Shown: positions 1 to 9,010 of the stretch, one piece after another
Numbering within the stretch: position 1 is the first letter of the stretch
How the letters are laid out: the number at the start of each line of letters is the position of its first letter
Assembly: GCA_022705465.1 (NCBI GenBank)
Contig: JAKJEK010000001.1
Coordinates: 1-27,964 of the forward strand
From: Patescibacteria group bacterium
GTDB taxonomy: Bacteria; Patescibacteriota; UBA1384; XYA2-FULL-43-10; 1-14-0-10-43-13
DNA length: 27,964 nt
Direction of reading: 5' to 3'
Position numbers and translations under genes: made by a program
Notes under the pieces: model-generated
Databases searched by the model: none
What the model was told of the DNA's origin: nothing
The model's input: the letters and a program-made list of their open reading frames with translations, nothing else

Positions 1-1
1 A

Positions 2-478
2 AATGAAACAGATGGTCTCGATGGTTTGGCTGGCGGGATTTTCGCATTATCTTACGGTGCTTACGCTTTTATTGCTTTGACTCTTGGAAAAGCTGAGTTA
101 GCGGTGTTTTGCGCAACGGTAATGGGAGCGCTAATGGCATTCTTGTGGTTTAATATTCCGCCTGCAAGGTTTTTTATGGGTGATACAGGTAGCATGGCGC
201 TTGGAATGACACTCGGAGTTATTGCTTTTCTTACTAATTCTGTGATTGTGTTACCGATTATTACACTTGTATTTGTGGTTGAGGGTCTGAGTTTTATAAT
301 TCAATATACATCGAAGAAGCTGCGCGGTAAAAAAGTCTTTTTGTCCTCTCCTCTGCACCACCATTTAGAGGCAGTGGGGTGGCCTGAGTACAAGATTACC
401 ATGCGTTTTTGGATTATCAGCGGAGTTGCTTCGGTAGCTGGGTTAATTATCGCATTAGTAGGACGAGGTATTGTTTAG
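2..478 (+). CDS. mraY: Phospho-N-acetylmuramoyl-pentapeptide transferase, 5'-truncated by window edge
   Basis: Frame is open from base 2 (NETDGLDGLAGG, the MraY NxTDGLDGL motif), so the track's TTG at 26 is internal. Also FMGDTGS and PLHHH motifs and multiple TM helices. Confidence 0.97.
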   Translation, partial: NETDGLDGLAGGIFALSYGAYAFIALTLGKAELAVFCATVMGALMAFLWFNIPPARFFMGDTGSMALGMTLGVIAFLTNSVIVLPIITLVFVVEGLSFIIQYTSKKLRGKKVFLSSPLHHHLEAVGWPEYKITMRFWIISGVASVAGLIIALVGRGIV

Positions 479-487
479 GAAGATTAA

Positions 488-1939
488 ATGACTAATAGAG
501 ATCTTGCAACAAAAAAGGTGGCAGTATTGGGTCTTGGAATTGAAGGGGCGGCAGTGACCCGGTTTCTACGCGGTAAAGTTAATACATTAACTGTTTTGGA
601 TCATGCGAAACGCAAGGAGATGTTGGAGAAGGCTCAAGGCGAACTACGAGTTCAGCTAGAACAGATTTGGGATGATCCGGACATCGCCAAGGAGGTCGGC
701 GATGACTATATGGACAAGCTTGATCGGTTTGACATTGTGTTCCGAACTCCGGGCATCTCTTATAATAATGAAAAGATTCAAGAGGCGATAAGTAAAGGAG
801 TGGAGATTTCCAGCCAGATTAAGTTGTTTTTTGATCTTTGCCCGGCGCGAATAATCGGGGTGACCGGAACAAAGGGTAAGGGCACTACATCATCTTTAAT
901 CTACGAGGCACTTAAGAATCAAAGCGAGCAAGATGGTTCAGAGTTCAAAGTTTTTATTGCTGGGAATATTGGTTATCCGGCAATAAGCTTGTTGCCGAAG
1001 CTAAGTAGTAAAGACATAGTGGTGTTGGAACTGTCCAGTTTTCAACTGATGGATCTCGATCAAAGTCCGCACATAGCGGTTGTGACTAATTTGGATGTTG
1101 AGCATCAGGATTATCATAAAAGTCTAGAAGAGTACCACAAATCAAAATATAACATTCTTGCTCATCAGGAGGAAGGGGATTTTGTCATATTAAATCTTAA
1201 CTCCACATTTCCTGGCGAGTGGTTGCTAGGGGTAAAAAGTGACGTAGTGTATTTTTCCTCCGATGAAGATGAGCGTGCAGAAGCTTTTGTTCGTGAAATT
1301 TCAGGCGACCAGGGAGTGGTGGTAAAATCAGGTGATAAAGAGCAGCTTGTTTGTCGTCAGAGTGAGATTAAGCTGGTTGGTCGGCACAATTTAGAAAATA
1401 TTGCTGCTGCATCACTTGCTTATTGGTTCGCCTTGGCGCCGTCATCTAATAGCGACTTTATGCAAACATTGCGTCGGACGGTCAAGGAATTTACAGGATT
1501 GCCGCATCGCTTGGAGCTTGTGGCGGAAGTCGATGGCGTGAAGTACGTTGATGATTCATTTGGAACAACGCTGGGTCCGACCATTGCGGCAATTTCTTCA
1601 TTACCTGAGAATAAAGTGATAATACTGGGCGGTAGTAGCAAGGGGGCTGATTTCAAGCCATTGGCAGAGCGGATAGCGCAAAGCAATGTATCAGCTGTTG
1701 TGCTAATTGGTGATGAGGGGCCGCGATTAGAAAAGGCTTTGTCGGCGGCAGGTTACATGGGCACAATAGCGTGGGGTGGAAAGACGATGGAAGAAATTGT
1801 TGGTTGTGCTCGTTCACTTGCTCACAGCGGAGAGGTAGTTGTGCTTTCACCAGCCTGTGCAAGTTTTGGGTTATTTCGGGATTATAAGGACAGGGGAGAG
1901 CAGTTTCACCAGGTAGTGGCAAAACTTAAAAACAAATAA
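488..1939 (+). CDS. murD: UDP-MurNAc-L-Ala:D-Glu ligase
   Basis: GLGIEG N-terminal loop, GTKGKGTT P-loop, GNIG, LELSSFQL, GLPHRLE, SPACASF; position between mraY and ftsW. Confidence 0.95.
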   Translation: MTNRDLATKKVAVLGLGIEGAAVTRFLRGKVNTLTVLDHAKRKEMLEKAQGELRVQLEQIWDDPDIAKEVGDDYMDKLDRFDIVFRTPGISYNNEKIQEAISKGVEISSQIKLFFDLCPARIIGVTGTKGKGTTSSLIYEALKNQSEQDGSEFKVFIAGNIGYPAISLLPKLSSKDIVVLELSSFQLMDLDQSPHIAVVTNLDVEHQDYHKSLEEYHKSKYNILAHQEEGDFVILNLNSTFPGEWLLGVKSDVVYFSSDEDERAEAFVREISGDQGVVVKSGDKEQLVCRQSEIKLVGRHNLENIAAASLAYWFALAPSSNSDFMQTLRRTVKEFTGLPHRLELVAEVDGVKYVDDSFGTTLGPTIAAISSLPENKVIILGGSSKGADFKPLAERIAQSNVSAVVLIGDEGPRLEKALSAAGYMGTIAWGGKTMEEIVGCARSLAHSGEVVVLSPACASFGLFRDYKDRGEQFHQVVAKLKNK

Positions 1940-1960
1940 CAGTAGAGATTGCGATTATTA

Positions 1961-3055
1961 ATGGAAAAAGCCTTAAAGAAACATCCTGACTATTTACTTT
2001 CACTAATCGTGTTTGCGTTAGTGGCATTTGGTTTGATTGCAATTTATTCGGTATCTAAATATTACTCCTGGGAGGTGACCAACGAAGTTACCGATAAATT
2101 GTTTCTAAGGAAGCAGCTGGTCTGGTCAGTGTTAGGCTTAGTGGCTTGGGCAGTGTTCCAATCATTTGACTACCGTCACTGGCAGAAGCATTCGGCTTCA
2201 ATGTTCTTTATCACGATAGGACTAATTTCTTTACCGATAATTTTTGGCGGTAGGCACTGGGTAAACATATGGGGTGGTCAGTTTCAGCCATCCGAGCTAG
2301 GAAAATTAACATTTATAATTTATTTGGCCGGCTGGTTTGCAAGTAAAAAGGAAAATCTGAAAGAGGTACGAAAAATGTTTCCGGCATTTTTGCTAGTGAT
2401 GGCCGCGTTGTGTTTTATGATGATTTGGCAAGGGGATCTGGGCACGCTGACGATTTATGTTGCAATCGCAACGGCGATTTTTGTAGCTGCGGGCTCTTCC
2501 CTATCACACTTATTCTTAGCAGGTTCTTTTTCGATGCTGATGGTCTACTTGGCTGTGAAGTTGGAGCCATACCGTTTGGAGCGCATAACAACCTTTTTAA
2601 ATCCAGACCAAAACCTTCTTGGTTCCGGTTACCATATTCGAAATGCTCTTATAGCAGTGGGCTCGGGTGGCTTGTGGGGCTTGGGTTTTGGACAGAGCAG
2701 GCAGAAATTTCTTTATCTGCCAGAAGCACATACTGATTCGATATTCGCAATCGTTGCTGAGGAATTAGGATTTGTTAGAACGGCGTTGATATTAATTGCC
2801 TTTGCCTTTATTGCCATTAGGGGTTTTAAGATAGCAGCAAATGCACCCGATACATTTTCTCGTTTATTGGCTACGGGAATCACCGTGTGGATTACGTTTC
2901 AGGCGATCATTAATGTTGGTGCAATGTTATCAATGATGCCGCTAACTGGAGTACCATTACCGTTTGTAAGCTATGGTGGTTCATCGATGATTTTCTTGTT
3001 GGCTGCAGTTGGGATACTGATCAATATTTCAAAACATTGTAAGGTTGGTAGATAG
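1961..3055 (+). CDS. ftsW: SEDS peptidoglycan polymerase FtsW
   Basis: QPSELGK, GYHI..ALIAVGSGG..G.G.G.S.QK..YLPEAHTDSIFA, GVPLPFVSYGGSS. Location between murD and murG favours ftsW over rodA. ATG at 1961 preferred to TTG at 1949. Confidence 0.95.
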   Translation: MEKALKKHPDYLLSLIVFALVAFGLIAIYSVSKYYSWEVTNEVTDKLFLRKQLVWSVLGLVAWAVFQSFDYRHWQKHSASMFFITIGLISLPIIFGGRHWVNIWGGQFQPSELGKLTFIIYLAGWFASKKENLKEVRKMFPAFLLVMAALCFMMIWQGDLGTLTIYVAIATAIFVAAGSSLSHLFLAGSFSMLMVYLAVKLEPYRLERITTFLNPDQNLLGSGYHIRNALIAVGSGGLWGLGFGQSRQKFLYLPEAHTDSIFAIVAEELGFVRTALILIAFAFIAIRGFKIAANAPDTFSRLLATGITVWITFQAIINVGAMLSMMPLTGVPLPFVSYGGSSMIFLLAAVGILINISKHCKVGR

Positions 3056-3056
3056 T

Positions 3057-4220
3057 ATGAAGAGGGAGAAACAGAAAAAAGTAATACTGGTTGGTGGCGG
3101 TACTGGCGGACACATTGTGCCGATAATTGAGATATATAAACGCTTGAAGGAAAGCGGTGAAAATGTTTCTGTGACGGTTGTTGGAGCCGGTACAGAGGTT
3201 GAAAAACATTTATATAAGTCGTTAGGTGATAGCTATAAGAAAATTACAACCGGTAAATGGAAGCGCCAACTTACCGTTACTAATTTGGCAGAGATGGGCA
3301 AGTTTATACTGGGCGTTATACAGTCGCTATGGGTGGTGTTTGGGATTCGACCCGGCGTGATATTTGCCAAAGGTGGATACGCGACTTTGCCTGTAGTAGT
3401 GGCGGCGAAACTGATGCGGATTCCTTATTTTATCCATGAATCAGATATTGAGATGGGGCTGGTAAACAAAATTGCTTCCCGGTGGGCAAAGAAAGTATTT
3501 GTCGGATTCCCGCTTAAATTCTATCCAGATTTACCTGTCGATAAATTGGAGTATTCCGGACCAATCGTACGTTCTGAGTTGCAAGAGAATTGCTCGGCAC
3601 GATTGCAAACCTTTTCGTTTACAAATGATCTACCGGTAATTTTTGTTACAGGTGGAAGCCAAGGGTCTTTAACTATCAATCGAAATGTGGCAAAGGCACT
3701 GCCTGAACTGCTGAAACGGTATAATGTAATTCATCAGGCGGGTGCAAATGATTTGTCCTGGCTGCAGGAATATAAGGAATCTGCATTGTCTTCAGCGGTG
3801 CATAAAAGATATTTTTTGGTGGATTTTTTAAAGTTTGAAGACGGTAGGGATTTAATGGTGGATGCGATATGCTTAGCCGATTTGGTGATAGCAAGGGCTG
3901 GAGCAAATACGATTTCAGAATTGGCTATCAAGGGTAAGCCTATGATATTGATTCCATATAAACACGCCGCGAGCGATCATCAGACGAAGAATGCTCGCTT
4001 TCTCGAAGAATTAAATGCAGCACTAGTTATTTCTGATGACAAGTTGACACCCAGGAATATAATTGAAAAGATAGATGAGCTGTTTTTGAATGACGGTCGA
4101 GAGCTTAAGTTATTGGGACATAATGCAATGGAGATGTATTCCAAAAACGGCGCTGATGCCATATTGCAAACAATATTACATCAGCTTCAGCTCAATAAGA
4201 AGAAGAATAATCAGAAATAG
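3057..4220 (+). CDS. murG: Undecaprenyl-PP-MurNAc-pentapeptide GlcNAc transferase
   Basis: GGGTGGHI, KGGY, HESD, GGSQG, RAGANTISE, DHQTKNA motifs. ATG at 3057 lies 1 nt after the ftsW stop. Confidence 0.96.
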   Translation: MKREKQKKVILVGGGTGGHIVPIIEIYKRLKESGENVSVTVVGAGTEVEKHLYKSLGDSYKKITTGKWKRQLTVTNLAEMGKFILGVIQSLWVVFGIRPGVIFAKGGYATLPVVVAAKLMRIPYFIHESDIEMGLVNKIASRWAKKVFVGFPLKFYPDLPVDKLEYSGPIVRSELQENCSARLQTFSFTNDLPVIFVTGGSQGSLTINRNVAKALPELLKRYNVIHQAGANDLSWLQEYKESALSSAVHKRYFLVDFLKFEDGRDLMVDAICLADLVIARAGANTISELAIKGKPMILIPYKHAASDHQTKNARFLEELNAALVISDDKLTPRNIIEKIDELFLNDGRELKLLGHNAMEMYSKNGADAILQTILHQLQLNKKKNNQK

Positions 4221-4259
4221 CCATTTGGGTTTTGCGGGTAGATTTGAATAAGAGGAAGT

Positions 4260-5552
4260 ATGAAATATCATTTCATCGGTGATCAAGGTGTTTCCATGAA
4301 GGGGCTAAAGGCTTTTATGGAACATTTAGGATGCGAGGTGAGTGGCTCTGATCTAAAAACCACCGGTCATCGGGCAGAGAACGTTTCGCCTGATGTTAAT
4401 GTTGTGGTGAGAACGTCAGCTGTTGCTCCTGGCTCGCCAGGATGGGTTGAGGTGGAGGCGGCGATTAGTATGGGCATAACAGTTATAAAACGCTCTGAAC
4501 TTCTTGGAGAGATTACTCGCAATATGAAGCTTATTGCGGTTTCGGGTATGCATGGAAAAACAACAATTACGTCTCTCGCTGGTTTGTTGCTGGTTGAGGC
4601 GAAGATGGATCCAACGGTTTTGGTCGGGGAAGATGTTGAGGCATTTGATGGTGTGCTTAGAATCGGTCATTCGCCATGGTTTGTGGCTGAAGCATGTGAA
4701 TACGATCGTAGTTTTTTGGATTTGCAACCACAGATATTGATTTTGACCAATATTGAAGAAGAGCATCTGGATACTTATCCAAAAGGATTGCCAGAGATAA
4801 TGGACACTTTCCGTCAATATATATCACGAGTTAGAGAGGGTGGAGTGGTGATTGCTTGCGCAGATGATGAGAATGTAAATAAGGTTCTGTCGTCGGTTCA
4901 GCCGGGAGTTTCGGTTATACGTTATGGGTTTAAGTCGGATCGGTATAATAGACTTGACTATTCACTATCTGTTCCGGGTCAACACAATATTCAAAATGCC
5001 TTGGCAGTTACGGCACTAGCTGATTATTTAAAAATTCCATCACCGGTAGTTGAGCGGGTGTTGAAAAGTTTTCATGGGGCTCACCGACGTTTCGAATACA
5101 AGGGGAATTATCATGGCGCTGATTTGATTGACGACTATGGTCATCACCCAACTGAGATCAAAGCGACGCTACAAGCGTTGGCAGAGCGGTATTCGGGCAA
5201 ACGGAAAATCGTGGTGTTTTGGCCTCACCAGTATAAGCGCATTAAGCCATTATTGGAGCAATTTGGGGAAGCTTTCAATCAGGCTGATGAGGTAATTATC
5301 AAACCGATATTTCTTGTGCCTGGGCGGGATGAAAAACTTGATGTATCTTCGGAGGATGTTGTTGCCAGGGTGAAGCGACATAATATTTCAGCGCGCGTTA
5401 TTGAGACCGATAAGGAGATTGAGGATTACTTGGTAAATACGCTTGATAGCCAGAGCGTACTGTTAACAATTGGTATTCCACCGGTTTATAAAATTTCCGA
5501 TTCATTAATGGCGAAAAAACTAGAGCAGGAGACAATGCCGTTCTCACGATGA
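4260..5552 (+). CDS. murC: UDP-MurNAc:L-Ala ligase (compact form)
   Basis: GMHGKTT P-loop, EACEYDRSFL, EHLD, G.HRRFE, DDYGHHPTEI; TGA overlaps the murB ATG (ATGA). Confidence 0.93.
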   Translation: MKYHFIGDQGVSMKGLKAFMEHLGCEVSGSDLKTTGHRAENVSPDVNVVVRTSAVAPGSPGWVEVEAAISMGITVIKRSELLGEITRNMKLIAVSGMHGKTTITSLAGLLLVEAKMDPTVLVGEDVEAFDGVLRIGHSPWFVAEACEYDRSFLDLQPQILILTNIEEEHLDTYPKGLPEIMDTFRQYISRVREGGVVIACADDENVNKVLSSVQPGVSVIRYGFKSDRYNRLDYSLSVPGQHNIQNALAVTALADYLKIPSPVVERVLKSFHGAHRRFEYKGNYHGADLIDDYGHHPTEIKATLQALAERYSGKRKIVVFWPHQYKRIKPLLEQFGEAFNQADEVIIKPIFLVPGRDEKLDVSSEDVVARVKRHNISARVIETDKEIEDYLVNTLDSQSVLLTIGIPPVYKISDSLMAKKLEQETMPFSR

Positions 5553-6496
5553 ATAAGAACGAAGATAATACATTGAGGTATTTTCAGCAAGAATTGGGTG
5601 ATGGTATCACCCGAGAGATTTCCTTGTCTGATTATACGCGTGTCGGTGTGGGCGGGAAAGCAAAATACTTTTATGTGTCGTCGACGATCGATGACTTAAC
5701 AAATGCGATTGGTACTGCTTTTTCATTAGGCGTTCCATACCAGGTTGTTGGCGAAGGCAACGACATTGTGCCTTCGGATGCTGGTTATGAGGGGTTGATA
5801 GTTAAAAATGTGAGCTCAAACATTGTGTTTAGTCCAGACATGTCAGAGGTGGTGGTGGACTCGGGTGTAGGACTGTCGCGATTAATTAACCTAGCAGCCA
5901 GTCGGGATATGGGAGGGTTGGAATTTTTGGCTGGAATGCCTGGCACTGTTGGCGGTGCTGTCTACGGCAATTACGGTGTTGGGGATTATGCATTAGGCGA
6001 TTATGTAAAGTCGGCAACAGTGCTGATGGAGCGTCAAGGTGAATTGATTATAGGCAATTTCCCCGGTAAATGGATGAACTTTGGTCCATCTACTTCTAAG
6101 CTTAAGGAAACAACTTCAAAGTTTAGACCGGTAATCTTGACAGTTAGATTGCAATTGGCCAGGCGGCGCAAAGATGAGATACTATCGTTAATACAGGATA
6201 GCTTGTTGGCTCGGCAAGCAGAATCTGTTGGTGATCAACGGGCAATTAGAAACTTCTTTAAACAACCGAGCGGTAAGAACTATCCACCGATTGATCACTT
6301 GCTTAATGAAGCGGGTGTTCGCAGGGTTAGGATAGGTGGTGCAGGGGTTTCTAAAAGGAATCTAAACGCAATCATCAACCTAAAAAACGCGACATCTTCA
6401 GATGTATGGGAAGTGGCGCAAAGGATAAAAGAGCTGGTTGCTGAGCGGTTTGGTTTCGCACTTGAGGAAAGAGTTGAATATTTGGGGAAATGGTGA
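5549..6496 (+). CDS. murB: MurB-family FAD protein (UDP-GlcNAc-enolpyruvate reductase homolog) with degenerate active site
   Basis: GGKA, GLEFLAGMPGTVGGAV, FFKQP and LEERVEYLG align to short-type MurB; dcw position. Catalytic Arg/Ser/Glu appear substituted (see findings). Confidence 0.88.
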   Translation: MNKNEDNTLRYFQQELGDGITREISLSDYTRVGVGGKAKYFYVSSTIDDLTNAIGTAFSLGVPYQVVGEGNDIVPSDAGYEGLIVKNVSSNIVFSPDMSEVVVDSGVGLSRLINLAASRDMGGLEFLAGMPGTVGGAVYGNYGVGDYALGDYVKSATVLMERQGELIIGNFPGKWMNFGPSTSKLKETTSKFRPVILTVRLQLARRRKDEILSLIQDSLLARQAESVGDQRAIRNFFKQPSGKNYPPIDHLLNEAGVRRVRIGGAGVSKRNLNAIINLKNATSSDVWEVAQRIKELVAERFGFALEERVEYLGKW

Positions 6497-7308
6497 GAAT
6501 GACTCACTTCCAAAAGCAAAAAAGATCATGGTATAGGAGTCGTCGAAGATATCGTTCTCCCCTGCTTTCGGCTGGACGGGTTGTTAAAGAGAGGTCGCGA
6601 ATTAAGATTCCGTGGGTATGGGCACTAAAATTAGCCAAGGTGTTACCGATTTTTGGAGTTGTGTATTTTGTGTTCTTTTCCAAGTTTTTTGCCATCCAGG
6701 ATGTAATTATTGAAGGTAATAGTTATATTCCAACTGAAACTATTGCGCAGCAGATTCCCCGGGGAAAAAATATCTTTCTGTTTAAGATATCATCCGCAAA
6801 GATAAATATGATGAGGCAGCTGCCAGAGATTAGGGATTTGGCTATCTATCGGGGTTTGCCAAATGCTATTAAGGTAGTGGTACTTGAGCGGGAGGGGCGG
6901 ATTGCATGGGAGACCAGCGGTGAAAGATTCCTGGTTAGTTCTCAGGGTGAAGTAGCTAAAAGAGTTATGGTCGGGGAGAGTATTGATGGTATGCCACTGA
7001 TTATCGATAAGCAGAATTTCCCGGTTCAGGTTGGTTCTGTGCTGACAACTGCCAGTTTTGTAAGCTTTGTTAGTAACGTTTATGATCAGATGTATGGGGT
7101 AGTAAATTTAAGGCCAACGTATTTTGAGGTTGATGAAACGACTTTCGATATTATTCTTCATACGGAGGCTGGTTACTACATAAAGTTCAACACAATGCGT
7201 TCGAGTCGAAAGCAGTTGGAAAACTTAAAGAAGGTGCTGGTAGAAAAGGGTGGGGAAGTTCATGAGTATATTGATTTACGGATCGATGGTTGGGCATACT
7301 ACAAATAA
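6490..7308 (+). CDS. ftsQ: Cell division protein FtsQ/DivIB
   Basis: Basic N-tail, single TM, POTRA-like segment (IQDVIIEGN...LPNAIKVVVLER), C-terminal EYIDLR motif; dcw position. Alternative ATG at 6499. Confidence 0.85.
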   Translation: MVRMTHFQKQKRSWYRSRRRYRSPLLSAGRVVKERSRIKIPWVWALKLAKVLPIFGVVYFVFFSKFFAIQDVIIEGNSYIPTETIAQQIPRGKNIFLFKISSAKINMMRQLPEIRDLAIYRGLPNAIKVVVLEREGRIAWETSGERFLVSSQGEVAKRVMVGESIDGMPLIIDKQNFPVQVGSVLTTASFVSFVSNVYDQMYGVVNLRPTYFEVDETTFDIILHTEAGYYIKFNTMRSSRKQLENLKKVLVEKGGEVHEYIDLRIDGWAYYK

Positions 7309-7343
7309 TTGGTTGAATTGTTAAGCGACGGTTAGGAGTATAG

Positions 7344-8831
7344 TTGCGAAAAAAGTGGGTTGTTTCAGAGCGTAAATATAACAATCTTATTGATCAGCTG
7401 CTTTATAATCGGGGGATTATCGGTGAACACAGTGATGACACCTTGAGGGATAAGTTCTTATCACCGGATTTTCATAGGGATCTGCACGATCCTTTATCTT
7501 TGTCAGATTTTGAAGTAGCGGTAGAGAGACTTAAGAAGGCAAAAGAGGGTGGTGAGAAGATCGGAATATTCGCTGATTACGATGCGGATGGCGTGCCTGG
7601 TGCCGCACTATTATATAAAGCTCTAACGCAAGCTGGGGTGGGTGTGGAAGTATTCATTCCGGAGCGTGAAGATGGTTACGGTTTAAGCAAAAAAGGCATT
7701 GATCATTTGGCGGCACTTGGATGCCGGATAATCGTTTCAGTTGATTTGGGAATACGAAATATTGATGAAGCAAATTACTGTAAAGAGATTGGTGTTGATT
7801 TAATTATTACCGATCATCATTTATCTGGAGATGTATTGCCGAATGCACTAGCAGTGGTGAACCCGAAAATAGAAGGAAGCAAGTATCCATTCACTGGATT
7901 GGCCGGTTGCGGTGTAGCTTACAAGGTCGTTCAAGGTTTATCGTCTGTTTTTCCAGAGATTGACGAACCGTTTTTAAAGTGGAACTTGGATCTGGTGGCA
8001 ATATCAACCATTTCTGATATTGTGCCGCTAATTGATGAAAATCGCATGTTGGCTTCATATGGTCTGCTAGTGTTGAAACGGACCAGAAACACCGGGTTGC
8101 GTGCTTTGTATAAGGCGGCAAAGATAGAGCCAGACAGAATTGATGCCTATTCGGTTGGCTTTCAGATCGGCCCAAGAATAAACACGCCAGGCAGGATTGA
8201 TCATGCATTGAAATCTTTTGAATTACTAACAACGAACGATGAGGCAAGAGCTGAGGAAATTGCAACGTGGCTAAATGAGAAGAATTTGGAACGTCAGACG
8301 GAGATGGAAAAGATATTTAATGAGGCAACGGCTCAAGTTACGGATAACAACCTGGATAAAAATAAAATAATTATTGTATCCGGGAAGTGGCATAGAGGTT
8401 TGCTTGGTCCGCCGGCCAGTCGGTTGGCTGATTATTATCACCGGCCAGTAATTGTATTTGCAGATGAGGAAGATTATTGCACCGGAAGTGCACGGAGTGT
8501 TGAGGGAGTAAATATTGTCGATTTGTTGGAGGCGGTTGCCTCAAAGATTGGTAAGTTTGGTGGGCATGCTGGAGCGGCTGGTTTAACTGTTACAAAAATG
8601 GGGTTGGCAGATTTCACTAAAGCAATTATTGAAGCAGCGAACGAACGAATCAATGAAGCAGCGCTACAGCAAGTTATTAAAGCGGATGCGCTAGTTGATG
8701 TTCGCGAATTGTCCAGGCAACTATGTTATGATTTAGCAAAACTGGAACCATTTGGGTTGGCTAACCCAAAGCCGATTTTTGCCCTAAAGGGTGTGCAAAT
8801 TACTTTCAAGGCAAACATCTGTCATCGATAA
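7344..8831 (+). CDS. recJ: ssDNA exonuclease RecJ, DHH/DHHA1 part; reading frame breaks before the C-terminal OB fold
   Basis: TTG start with AGGAG 5 nt upstream; DYDADG, DLG, DHH, GGHAGAAG, EPFGLANPKP motifs. Terminal KANICHR is out-of-frame sequence. Confidence 0.93.
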   Translation: MRKKWVVSERKYNNLIDQLLYNRGIIGEHSDDTLRDKFLSPDFHRDLHDPLSLSDFEVAVERLKKAKEGGEKIGIFADYDADGVPGAALLYKALTQAGVGVEVFIPEREDGYGLSKKGIDHLAALGCRIIVSVDLGIRNIDEANYCKEIGVDLIITDHHLSGDVLPNALAVVNPKIEGSKYPFTGLAGCGVAYKVVQGLSSVFPEIDEPFLKWNLDLVAISTISDIVPLIDENRMLASYGLLVLKRTRNTGLRALYKAAKIEPDRIDAYSVGFQIGPRINTPGRIDHALKSFELLTTNDEARAEEIATWLNEKNLERQTEMEKIFNEATAQVTDNNLDKNKIIIVSGKWHRGLLGPPASRLADYYHRPVIVFADEEDYCTGSARSVEGVNIVDLLEAVASKIGKFGGHAGAAGLTVTKMGLADFTKAIIEAANERINEAALQQVIKADALVDVRELSRQLCYDLAKLEPFGLANPKPIFALKGVQITFKANICHR

Positions 8832-9010
8832 TTAAATGTGGTGAACAGAAATTTAAATCAATTTTTTTCAACTGCTTATCAGAAGAGATTCACATTAAGA
8901 GGGATACGTTGTATAATATAGTGTTCCATCTTGATCTTGACACATGGAATGGCCAAGAGAGGCTATCTTTCAATTTATTAGATATTAAGCCATATGAGCA
9001 AGAAATCTAG
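8807..9010 (+). pseudogene. recJ: Out-of-frame C-terminal (OB-fold) fragment of recJ
   Basis: The -1 frame reads QGKHLSSIIKCGEQKFKSIFFN...DLDTWNGQERLSFNLLDIKPYEQEI*, matching the RecJ GKHL...WNG...L.L.D tail. Its stop overlaps the radA start by 17 nt. Confidence 0.8.
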
